64,000 bases of DNA, taken from NCBI GenBank assembly GCA_032110905.1, contig JAULVS010000033.1, positions 214-64,213 on the forward strand, in the 5' to 3' direction. Below the pieces are notes generated by a model. That model saw only the letters and a program-made list of their open reading frames with translations. It was not told the DNA's origin and searched no databases. The position numbers were made by a program, and so were the translations under genes. This document shows, piece after piece, positions 20,356 to 28,104 of the stretch (position 1 is the stretch's first letter; every line of letters starts with the position of its first letter). Source of the stretch: Chitinophagaceae bacterium (GTDB lineage Bacteria > Bacteroidota > Bacteroidia > Chitinophagales > Chitinophagaceae).

Positions 20356-21165
20356 ATGCAAAAAGAAAGAATCGATCCGATCCTTTTAGAACAGCAGACT
20401 CTCTATTCAGAATTGCTTGAGCGTGAAATGCTGCTTGATTTTTATTTGCCTAAGGGAGTAAAAGAGCCCTCTGATATGAGTTTGCTCCTGATCAATGATG
20501 GTCAGGACCTGCCTAAGATGCCCTTTTCGGAGATGCTGGGCGACTTATATTATTTCAGGGAGATTAAGCCTTTGTTATGCGTAGGAATTCATTGTGGGAA
20601 TGACCGCAAAAATGAATATGGTGTTGCGGCCAGAAAAGATTATCTGGGAAGGGGAGCTAAAGCTGGCTTGTATACGAGGTTTATTCTGGAGGAGTTGTTG
20701 CCCTTTATTAAAAAAACATATCATATACATCATTTCAAAGAAAAAGCTTTTGCCGGTTTTTCTCTTGGGGGATTAATGGCGCTTGATATTGTATGGAATT
20801 ATCCGCATGAATTCGGCAAAGTGGGGGTTTTCTCGGGATCGCTCTGGTGGAGACAAAAAGATTATGATGAAGGGTATACAGATGAAGCCGACAGAATTAT
20901 GCACAACCAGGTGAAGAAAGGCAATGCGGCACCCTGGCTTGAATTTTTCTTTCAGACAGGAACAAAAGACGAAGAGAATGACAGAAATGGAAACGGAGTA
21001 ATCGACTCTATTGATGATACACTTGATCTGATTTCTATACTACATAAACAGGGATTTGAGCAGAAAGCTGTCAAATATCTTGAACTGGAAGAAGGTAAAC
21101 ATGATGTAGCTACATGGGCACGAGCTTTCCCTGAATTTCTGAAATGGGGTTGGAGTTACAGGTAA
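20356..21165 (+). CDS. alpha/beta hydrolase (enterochelin-esterase-like)
   Basis: LLLINDGQD, AGFSLGG nucleophile motif, FSGSLWW, GKHD. Confidence 0.85.
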   Translation: MQKERIDPILLEQQTLYSELLEREMLLDFYLPKGVKEPSDMSLLLINDGQDLPKMPFSEMLGDLYYFREIKPLLCVGIHCGNDRKNEYGVAARKDYLGRGAKAGLYTRFILEELLPFIKKTYHIHHFKEKAFAGFSLGGLMALDIVWNYPHEFGKVGVFSGSLWWRQKDYDEGYTDEADRIMHNQVKKGNAAPWLEFFFQTGTKDEENDRNGNGVIDSIDDTLDLISILHKQGFEQKAVKYLELEEGKHDVATWARAFPEFLKWGWSYR

Positions 21166-21232
21166 AACGATCAGCCATTTACTTCTTTTTGCCGCTAATC
21201 AGATTTTATGATCTGCAAAGTTTTTTTGGTGC

Positions 21233-21240
21233 TAAATTTG
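21233..21240 (+). promoter_or_regulatory. -7 element TAAATTTG
   Basis: Exact TAnnTTTG 4 nt before ATG 21245. Confidence 0.55.
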
Positions 21241-21244
21241 AAAT

Positions 21245-22492
21245 ATGCGGAAGACATTTGAAATTTTCTGGAACAGTTTTCTGTTTGCCTATCAGGAACT
21301 AAAGAAAAATAAGTTGCGGACATTCCTCAGTCTGCTGGGAATCACTTTCGGCATTTTTTGCATTATTAGTGTGATGGCAACTGTAGGCAGTCTTCAGCGT
21401 AACGTACAGAATTCACTTAAATCCATTGGTACCAACACGATTTACATTCAGAAATGGGCATGGGGAGGAGGAAGCGACTATCCCTGGTGGAAATATATGA
21501 GTCGCCCCAACACTAAATTCAAAGAGCTGAAACCTGTGAAACAGAAAACCACACTGGCTGAAGCTACGGCTTATGCATATTTCAATTCTTCTCCGGTAAC
21601 ATATAAGGAAGCATCTTTATCGAGCATCAACTGGTATGGTATTACTGAGGATTTCGACCGTATTCAGCCTGTTGAGATCGGTTATGGTCGCTATCTGATT
21701 AACAGCGAATTTGAATCGGGAGCAGCATCTGTCGTATTGGGTTATAATGTTGCCGAAAAACTTTTTGAAGTTGCAAGTTCGGCATTGGGGAAATATGTTG
21801 AAATAAAAGGCAGGTATGTAAAAGTGATTGGTATAGTTAAAAAGCAAGGACAAAGTTTAATAGGAGGATGGAATTTTGATGATGTGGTGATGATCCCTTA
21901 CAAATTTGCTGCACAAATCGGCGATGAACAAAGAAGTGATGGCTTTATCTTGGTGAAAGGAAAAGAAAATGTTCCTGTTGATGATCTTAAAAATGAGCTG
22001 AAAGGAGTGATGCGGAGTGTGAGAAGATTGTCGCCTAGGGATGAAGATAATTTTGCTCTCAATGATGTTAATTCGGGGTCTGCACAACTGAATTCGATTT
22101 TCAGCGGTATGACGGTAGGCGGAATTGCCATCACAATGCTTTCGTTTATTGTAGGGATTTTTGGAGTGGCCAATATCATGTTTGTCACTGTAAAGGAGCG
22201 AACAAGTATCATCGGACTTAAAAAAGCCATCGGTGCCAAACGGCGTACCATTCTCAGCGAATTTTTAATGGAGAGCGCATTTCTTTGTGTGCTAGGAGGA
22301 GCAATTGGGTTGATTCTTGTATTCCTTTTAACGCTGCTATTGACCAATGTTTTAAATTTTGAAGTGTTTATTTCCTGGAAATTATTTATCGGGGCAGTAG
22401 TTACATGTATTATGACTGGCATTCTTGCCGGTATCATTCCGGCATTTATTGCGGCAAAGTTGGATCCGGTGGTGGCAATCAGAAGCAAATAG
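21245..22492 (+). CDS. ABC transporter permease (MacB/FtsX family)
   Basis: LRTFLSLLGITFGI, periplasmic domain, VTVKERTSIIGLKKAIGA, LDPVVAIR. Confidence 0.9.
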   Translation: MRKTFEIFWNSFLFAYQELKKNKLRTFLSLLGITFGIFCIISVMATVGSLQRNVQNSLKSIGTNTIYIQKWAWGGGSDYPWWKYMSRPNTKFKELKPVKQKTTLAEATAYAYFNSSPVTYKEASLSSINWYGITEDFDRIQPVEIGYGRYLINSEFESGAASVVLGYNVAEKLFEVASSALGKYVEIKGRYVKVIGIVKKQGQSLIGGWNFDDVVMIPYKFAAQIGDEQRSDGFILVKGKENVPVDDLKNELKGVMRSVRRLSPRDEDNFALNDVNSGSAQLNSIFSGMTVGGIAITMLSFIVGIFGVANIMFVTVKERTSIIGLKKAIGAKRRTILSEFLMESAFLCVLGGAIGLILVFLLTLLLTNVLNFEVFISWKLFIGAVVTCIMTGILAGIIPAFIAAKLDPVVAIRSK

Positions 22493-22541
22493 TCCTAATT
22501 AATCATTATCGACTCTCATATCTTTGCAGCTTTCTTTTATT

Positions 22542-23585
22542 GTGTCAGTTATCATTTTAGCCATAGAATCTTCTTGCGACGAAACAGCTGCATCGGTGTG
22601 CAGGGATGGTGTTATTTTATCCAACGTAATTGCTTCACAACAAATACATGAAAAATATGGCGGGGTAGTACCTGAACTTGCGAGTCGAGCACATATGGAA
22701 AACATCGTGCCGGTAGTCGATGAAGCTATGAGAAAAGCAAATTGCACAGTAGCTGAACTTTCTGCGGTTGCATTCACGCAGGCACCCGGGTTGATTGGTT
22801 CATTGCTTGTAGGTGCACAGTTTGCAAAATCAATGGCACTTTCACTAGGCATTCCATTGATAGCAGTGCATCATATGCAGGCGCACGTAGTTGCGAATCT
22901 TATTCCTGAGAACAAACCAGCTTTTCCATTTCTCTGTTTAACAGTCAGTGGCGGACATACTCAAATTGTTTTATGTGAATCGCCGCTGCGTATGAAAGTA
23001 TTGGGGGAGACCATTGATGATGCGGCAGGAGAAGCTTTTGATAAAACAGCGAAGTTGTTAGGATTACCTTACCCGGGCGGACCATTGATTGATAAATATG
23101 CAGTGAATGGTGATGCCACTCGATTTCATTTTCCGGAGCCGAAAATACCCGGATTGGATTTTAGTTTTAGTGGATTAAAAACATCTATTTTATATTTTCT
23201 TCGTAATGCGGGAAAGAGTTTATTGTATAAAGAAGAGTTTCTGGCGTCGGAAGAGGAAAAAGAATTATTCATAAAAAATAATCTGAATGATATCTGCGCC
23301 TCCGTACAGTCGCGTATTGTTTCAATACTGCTTCACAAACTCGAACAAGCTGCTCAACAAACAGGTATCAAGGATATTTGTCTTGCCGGAGGGGTGAGTG
23401 CCAACAAAGGCTTACGTGTATCCTTTCAGGTGTTAGGAGAGAAGAAGGGATGGAGAACGTTTATTCCTGCCTTTGAATATTGTACAGATAATGCGGCGAT
23501 GATTGCCATTACGGCTTATTATAAATTTCTTGAAAAAGATTTTGCATCAATGGACATCGTTCCATCTGCCAGAGCTTCCTGGTAA
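22542..23585 (+). CDS. tsaD: tRNA N6-adenosine threonylcarbamoyltransferase
   Basis: ILAIESSCDETAAS, GGVVPELASRAH, HHMQAH, VSGGHT, CTDNAAMIA; likely GTG start 22542 after TATCTTTG at 22519-22526. Confidence 0.96.
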   Translation: MSVIILAIESSCDETAASVCRDGVILSNVIASQQIHEKYGGVVPELASRAHMENIVPVVDEAMRKANCTVAELSAVAFTQAPGLIGSLLVGAQFAKSMALSLGIPLIAVHHMQAHVVANLIPENKPAFPFLCLTVSGGHTQIVLCESPLRMKVLGETIDDAAGEAFDKTAKLLGLPYPGGPLIDKYAVNGDATRFHFPEPKIPGLDFSFSGLKTSILYFLRNAGKSLLYKEEFLASEEEKELFIKNNLNDICASVQSRIVSILLHKLEQAAQQTGIKDICLAGGVSANKGLRVSFQVLGEKKGWRTFIPAFEYCTDNAAMIAITAYYKFLEKDFASMDIVPSARASW

Positions 23586-23603
23586 TCTTTTATTTTAAGG
23601 GTT

Positions 23604-24353
23604 ATGTCGAATACGTATTTTCAATTTAAACAGTTTATCGTACATCAGGAGCGGGCGGCAATGAAAGTGAGTACGGATAGTTGTCTGTTTGGAGCCTGGG
23701 TAGCAGATAAAATCAGTAATAGTTATAATGAGAATGATCAAATTGAAAAAGGTCAAGCTATTTCAAGAATATTAGATATTGGAACAGGAACAGGATTATT
23801 ATTATTGATGCTGGCACAAAAAGTAGATGCTGAACTTGCGGGTATTGAACTTGATGCAGGTGCGTTTGCAGATGCTGATAATAACATAAGTGCATCAGCG
23901 TGGAAGGAACGTATCCATTTAATAGAAGGTGATGTATTAAAGCATTCATTCAGCGGTCGGTATGATTTAATTATTTCAAATCCTCCATTTTATGAGAATA
24001 GTTTAAAATCTGATATTGCCGAAAAAAATCTGGCAAAGCATGATGAAACGCTTACGTTAAGATCACTGGTAAAAGTTGTTGATGTGCTATTAGATGAAGC
24101 AGGCATCTTTGCTGTGATGATACCTGCATTCAGAAGTGATGAGTTATTAACTTATACATCTGAAAGAAACCTTTATCTGATTGAAAGTATGGATGTATTA
24201 AATATTGAAGGAGGGAAGCCCATCAGGACTTGTTTTTTATTCGGGAGGAAGAAACTTGAGCTGGTTCAAACATCATTGATCATTCGGGATTCTACTCAAC
24301 AATATACAAGTGAATTCAAGAAACTTTTGCAGGATTATTATTTACATCTGTGA
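23604..24353 (+). CDS. tRNA1(Val) (adenine37-N6)-methyltransferase family
   Basis: FQFKQF, AMKVSTDSCLFGAW, LDIGTGTG, ISNPPFY. Confidence 0.88.
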   Translation: MSNTYFQFKQFIVHQERAAMKVSTDSCLFGAWVADKISNSYNENDQIEKGQAISRILDIGTGTGLLLLMLAQKVDAELAGIELDAGAFADADNNISASAWKERIHLIEGDVLKHSFSGRYDLIISNPPFYENSLKSDIAEKNLAKHDETLTLRSLVKVVDVLLDEAGIFAVMIPAFRSDELLTYTSERNLYLIESMDVLNIEGGKPIRTCFLFGRKKLELVQTSLIIRDSTQQYTSEFKKLLQDYYLHL

Positions 24354-24359
24354 AATTCA

Positions 24360-24616
24360 GTTACGGGGTACGAGTTACGAGACCAACTAATAACAAACAA
24401 CCAACAACTTCTTCTTGGTTTCCCGGTCTAATGGACTTCCGGTCTTTCGGTCTCCTTTTTAACTCTGCGTTAACCTCTTTTTCTCTTTTCTCTGCGCCAA
24501 AGAGAGCCACAAGTAAAATTTAGCTACATAACATAGACTACAAAAAGTATAGCTAATAACATACAACCATTAACATCTACTAATACTCTCATAACCCGTA
24601 ACACGTAACTCATAAC
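24360..24616. repeat. mosaic of 7-bp, 8-bp and CTCTGCG periodic tracts between convergent genes
   Basis: gttacgg ggtacga gttacga (24360-80); AAC heptamers (24383-408); 8-periodic GTCT/GACT (24424-53); two ctctgcg; ctcataac ccgtaac acgtaac tcataac (24588-616). Confidence 0.75.
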
Positions 24617-24618
24617 TT

Positions 24619-25815
24619 CTACCCCGCATAAGATTTCAGATACTGATAAGGTTCGGTAAGATTGCCGTTGTTGAGTATGGTTGCTCTGTTTAGTAAGTCT
24701 GAATCTGTTTTTCCTAATTCCTGTAATACAAATTTCATCAGCTGTTCTCCAAAGTAACGGGAAGCATCACGTGGCAGTTCATTGGGTAGATTTCCGATGG
24801 TCATTAAGTCAACCGATCCATTTAAGTACGGAGCTGTTTTCTCAATTTTTGATTTATCAACTCCATAAACAGGATCATTGATGGTGGAGTCGCCTTTGTT
24901 TACAGGAACAGAACCGTTTTCATCGTTGGTGATATCGGCAATGGTTTGAATTTTGAAGGATGGGTTTTTGAATTCTTCGATGGTAAATAGTGGTGGAATA
25001 TTTTTATCCCAGTAAACGCCATTCATCAGAATATCGGTTTGTCGGGTAAAAGGAGAGAAATTGCAACTATATTTCTCCGGATGCTCATGGAAGTCAGCCC
25101 TATTGTAGGTGTGGTCATCTTTGCGTTCATAGAGGTCTCTCCCTTTTAGGTGAACGTATACGGGATAGGTGTATGTGCGATGCAGATAATCGAATGGTTC
25201 TACTTCATGAATGCCAAGCAGGTTCATGATTTCAAGTATGCCGTGTGCCACACGTCCGCTGCCTGTAACTGCAATTTTTATAGCCGGGATTTTTAGTCCA
25301 AAATATGTATGAATCAGTTGCCGGTAATCGCGCACATCTTTTACACGTCCGAGTTTGAATGCGCCTGTTCTCTCACCGTAGCACATCATGCCGTTGTGCG
25401 CACCAACGATTCCTGCAAAAAATCCGAATCCGATGATGCGTTGTCCGTCTTCATGTGTCAGGCATTCATAATCTAAGAGCGTGATTTTCTTACTGATCAT
25501 AGCCTTCATCAGCGTTTGGTTGTGTGCCTGTGCTTTTTTGGTATGAGAAAAGAAGAAATAGGTTTTATCGGAGATCAGTTGGTCTGATGGCACTTCTTTG
25601 ATGCCAAATAGGATATCGCAATGTTCGATATTCTCAGTTACTTCGATGCCGGCATTGATATATTCTTTATCGGAAAAGCAGCGTGTAGGAGACGATTGAA
25701 CGGAGATGTGAATTTGATTCAGGTTTTCCTGAATCCATTTACATTGGGAAGGAGTAAGGGCAACTCGGTTATCGGGAGGGGTTTTTCCTTCACGGATCAA
25801 TCCTATTCTGAGCAT
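24619..25815 (-). CDS. AlaDH/PNT-fold NAD(P)-dependent oxidoreductase, saccharopine dehydrogenase/lysine-ketoglutarate reductase-like
   Basis: IGLIREGKTPPDNRVALTP, FGIKEVP, FFFSHTKKAQ, LLDYECL, IADITND, IGNLPNELPRDAS. Confidence 0.75.
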   Translation of the reverse strand: MLRIGLIREGKTPPDNRVALTPSQCKWIQENLNQIHISVQSSPTRCFSDKEYINAGIEVTENIEHCDILFGIKEVPSDQLISDKTYFFFSHTKKAQAHNQTLMKAMISKKITLLDYECLTHEDGQRIIGFGFFAGIVGAHNGMMCYGERTGAFKLGRVKDVRDYRQLIHTYFGLKIPAIKIAVTGSGRVAHGILEIMNLLGIHEVEPFDYLHRTYTYPVYVHLKGRDLYERKDDHTYNRADFHEHPEKYSCNFSPFTRQTDILMNGVYWDKNIPPLFTIEEFKNPSFKIQTIADITNDENGSVPVNKGDSTINDPVYGVDKSKIEKTAPYLNGSVDLMTIGNLPNELPRDASRYFGEQLMKFVLQELGKTDSDLLNRATILNNGNLTEPYQYLKSYAG

Positions 25816-25912
25816 GCAATCGGTTTAGAGCTGCAATTTACATCATCATTTTTGTAAAAATCTTTTCAGCAAAAGCTTGCTATTCTGTAATATTGCATTC
25901 CTGTTTAAGATT

Positions 25913-25996
25913 GCCCAGATGGCGGAATTGGTAGACGCGTCAGACTCAAAATCTGGTATTGGCAACAATGTGCAGGTTCGATTCCTGTTCTGGGCA
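25913..25996 (+). tRNA. tRNA-Leu(CAA)
   Basis: GCCCAGA acceptor / TCTGGGC-A; D-arm GGCGGAATTGGTAGACGC; anticodon arm TCAGA-CT-CAA-AA-TCTGG; long variable arm; GGTTCGATTCC T-loop; no encoded CCA. Confidence 0.96.
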
Positions 25997-26001
25997 CAAT
26001 G

Positions 26002-26033
26002 ACCCCGGCGCTTAAGCGCCGGGGTTTGTTTTT
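26002..26033 (+). terminator. intrinsic terminator after tRNA
   Basis: ACCCCGGCGC-TTAA-GCGCCGGGGT then TTGTTTTT. Confidence 0.85.
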
Positions 26034-26150
26034 GTGAACGTTGCAAGCTTGCTTGCATAAGTGAGCAAATAACAAACCACAGGGGCTGCGAAGCAGGCCC
26101 GGGGGAGTTGGGTAAGCCCCTCGTGGGAGTATCGGGATCACTGAAATTAA

Positions 26151-26165
26151 TCCTGTTCCGGGCAC
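26151..26165 (+). repeat. degenerate direct repeat of tRNA-Leu 3' end (att-like)
   Basis: TCCTGTTCCGGGCAC vs TCCTGTTCTGGGCAC at 25983-25997 (14/15). Confidence 0.65.
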
Positions 26166-26244
26166 TGTTATTTTATAAAATAATAATGGTCGTTGAAAAT
26201 AATATTCAGCGACCATTGTTATTAATTCTAATAGTAAAGGCTAT

Positions 26245-26568
26245 TTAGTACGCCAGTTTTTTGTTATTCAATTCTACATTAAAATTTACTTTAGCCCCCA
26301 ATGCTTCAAATACTTTTAATATTGTTTCAAATCTGGCATTTTTTACGCTGTTCTCAATTTTTGAGATTTGGGCTTTTTGTACGCCAACAAGTTCTCCTAA
26401 TTGTTCCTGAGTGAGGTTTCGCTCCTGCCGTGCTTGCCGGATGGCCTTACCTAATAAATCAATTCTTAATTCATTTTCAAATAATTCTCGCTTTTCTGTT
26501 CCCCGCTTGCCTATATGTTTATCAATCATGGTATCGATCGAAACAGTTTTGTATTTATTTGTTGCCAT
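26245..26568 (-). CDS. XRE-family HTH antitoxin (HigA-like)
   Basis: IRQARQERNLTQEQLGELVGVQKAQISKIEN HTH; lies directly downstream of a RelE-like gene. Confidence 0.88.
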   Translation of the reverse strand: MATNKYKTVSIDTMIDKHIGKRGTEKRELFENELRIDLLGKAIRQARQERNLTQEQLGELVGVQKAQISKIENSVKNARFETILKVFEALGAKVNFNVELNNKKLAY

Positions 26569-26570
26569 GA

Positions 26571-26918
26571 TTATTTGTTTTTTGATTTATGTTCTAAATA
26601 TTTTATCCTGATTTCTTCGGACTTAGTTATTTCTTTTACCGGAGTTTTCTGCGTCTTTTTATGAATTCCATGAGTAGCTACAACTAATGTATCCTGCGTT
26701 CCTGATTTATCCCAAAAAGAAAAGAGTCGATAGGATTTACCATTGAATAATGCCCGAAACTCCCATATCTGATTATTTAACTTTTTAAAGAGTTCATTAT
26801 CATTGACAAATTGAGCCTTTTTCATATTGTAGTAGACTTTTTCTCTTGCTTTTTCGTCGAGTTGATCTAAAAATTCAACCGCTTCTGGCAATAATTCTAT
26901 TCCAAATTTTGGTTTCAT
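26571..26918 (-). CDS. RelE/ParE-superfamily toxin (HigB/Gp49-like)
   Basis: FKKLNNQIWEFR, YRLFSFWD, LVVATHGIHKKTQKTP; toxin-first order. Confidence 0.85.
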   Translation of the reverse strand: MKPKFGIELLPEAVEFLDQLDEKAREKVYYNMKKAQFVNDNELFKKLNNQIWEFRALFNGKSYRLFSFWDKSGTQDTLVVATHGIHKKTQKTPVKEITKSEEIRIKYLEHKSKNK

Positions 26919-26931
26919 AAGCTAATTAAGA

Positions 26932-26972
26932 CAAAGATATATATATCCCAATAAGGAAACTAATTAATTTCC
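26932..26972 (-). promoter_or_regulatory. TA promoter (-7 TATCTTTG) with candidate operator palindrome
   Basis: CAAAGATA at 26932-39 (TATCTTTG on minus); GGAAACTAATTAATTTCC at 26955-72 is 16/18 palindromic. Confidence 0.55.
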
Positions 26973-27049
26973 ATTTTTACATACTCTCCTCAGAAAAAAT
27001 CATTTGCACATCTTCCAAAAAGTTCGATCTGACTTCAGCAAAGGGCACC

Positions 27050-27091
27050 GTTATCAGTTATTAGTTGTCCGTTTTCTGTTATCTGTTATTG
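27050..27091 (+). repeat. 7-bp periodic GTT tract (6 units)
   Basis: gttatca gttatta gttgtcc gttttct gttatct gttattg. Confidence 0.85.
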
Positions 27092-27226
27092 AATCTTCGC
27101 TGCAGTGATTTACTGATTATAATTCGTTACTCATCTTTTTTGATAAACGAACAACGATTTATGGTCATTGTACGATAACTGCTAACAAAATTGACCTCTC
27201 ATATTTTTCAATGCATGTAATATCAA

Positions 27227-27904
27227 TTATAGCAATCCTTCATCCGCAAAACTGAAATATCCTTCTTCACTTACAATTACATGATCAAGTACCTGCATGT
27301 CAAAAAAACGGGCAGCTTCTCGAAGCTTGATGGTTAATTCTTCATCTGCTCTGCTTGGCTGCAAGTTGCCGGAAGGGTGGTTGTGGCAGAGAATGAGGCT
27401 AACCGCATTGTGTTGCAATGCTTTTTTGAATATCACACGCGGATCTGCAACAGTACCGGTAACACCTCCCTCGGAAATGACCTCTAGATGATTTACTTTA
27501 TTTGCTCTGTTTAAAAATGCAACGGCAAATACTTCAGTTAGCCGGTCTTTTAATCTGCTTTGTAAATAGTGGGCTACTTCCGCGCTGGAACGAATACTCG
27601 TTTTAACTACCGGTGATTTTTCACGTCTTCGTCCAAGTTCAATGCCTGCAAGCAGGGTAATAGCTTTTACTTGTCCAATTCCATCTGTTTGCATCAATTC
27701 GGTTAGCGTGTATTTGCCTATTTTTCCCAGGTTGTTGTCGCAAGTGCTAAGCAAACATTTTGCTACTTCAAGCGCAGATTTCTTTTTGGTGCCTGACCCA
27801 ATGAGGATAGCGAGCAATTCTGCGTCACTAAGGGCATCAACTCCTTTTATCAGCATTTTTTCACGTGGCCTGTCGTCTTTTGCCCAGTCTTTGATAGTTG
27901 CCAT
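27227..27904 (-). CDS. radC: RadC/JAB-domain protein
   Basis: IKDWAKDDRPREK, LSDAELLAILIGSG, HhH GIGQVKA, HNHPSG...SRAD MPN+ motif; likely ATG 27904. Confidence 0.93.
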   Translation of the reverse strand: MATIKDWAKDDRPREKMLIKGVDALSDAELLAILIGSGTKKKSALEVAKCLLSTCDNNLGKIGKYTLTELMQTDGIGQVKAITLLAGIELGRRREKSPVVKTSIRSSAEVAHYLQSRLKDRLTEVFAVAFLNRANKVNHLEVISEGGVTGTVADPRVIFKKALQHNAVSLILCHNHPSGNLQPSRADEELTIKLREAARFFDMQVLDHVIVSEEGYFSFADEGLL

Positions 27905-28104
27905 AGCAGGCAGCAAAATACCTCGTGAATATGGGTTTAATTGCCTGTTTTACAACTTCAAAAACAGGATTTTCCCATTTCAGAAAAGTTCAATAAGTAT
28001 TTAATTTAAAATTTGTGTTTAATCCATTCAATATCATTCTTATTCAAAACAAAAAGACCTGGTTTTCAGTGTTTTGAATGCTAACTTCAGTTATTTTTGA
28101 GTTG

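Noticed and set aside
24354-24618. Possible CRISPR array among the intergenic repeats
   Set aside because: Units are 7-8 bp and degenerate, with no 23-47 bp repeat/spacer structure and no cas genes
25846-26216. Minus-strand ORFs 25846-26058 and 25905-26216
   Set aside because: They are antisense translations of tRNA-Leu and its terminator region
25913-27904. Intact prophage or genomic island at tRNA-Leu, with radC as cargo
   Set aside because: No integrase or phage genes. radC is the full-length HhH+JAB chromosomal type, and the att-like repeats enclose only about 150 bp
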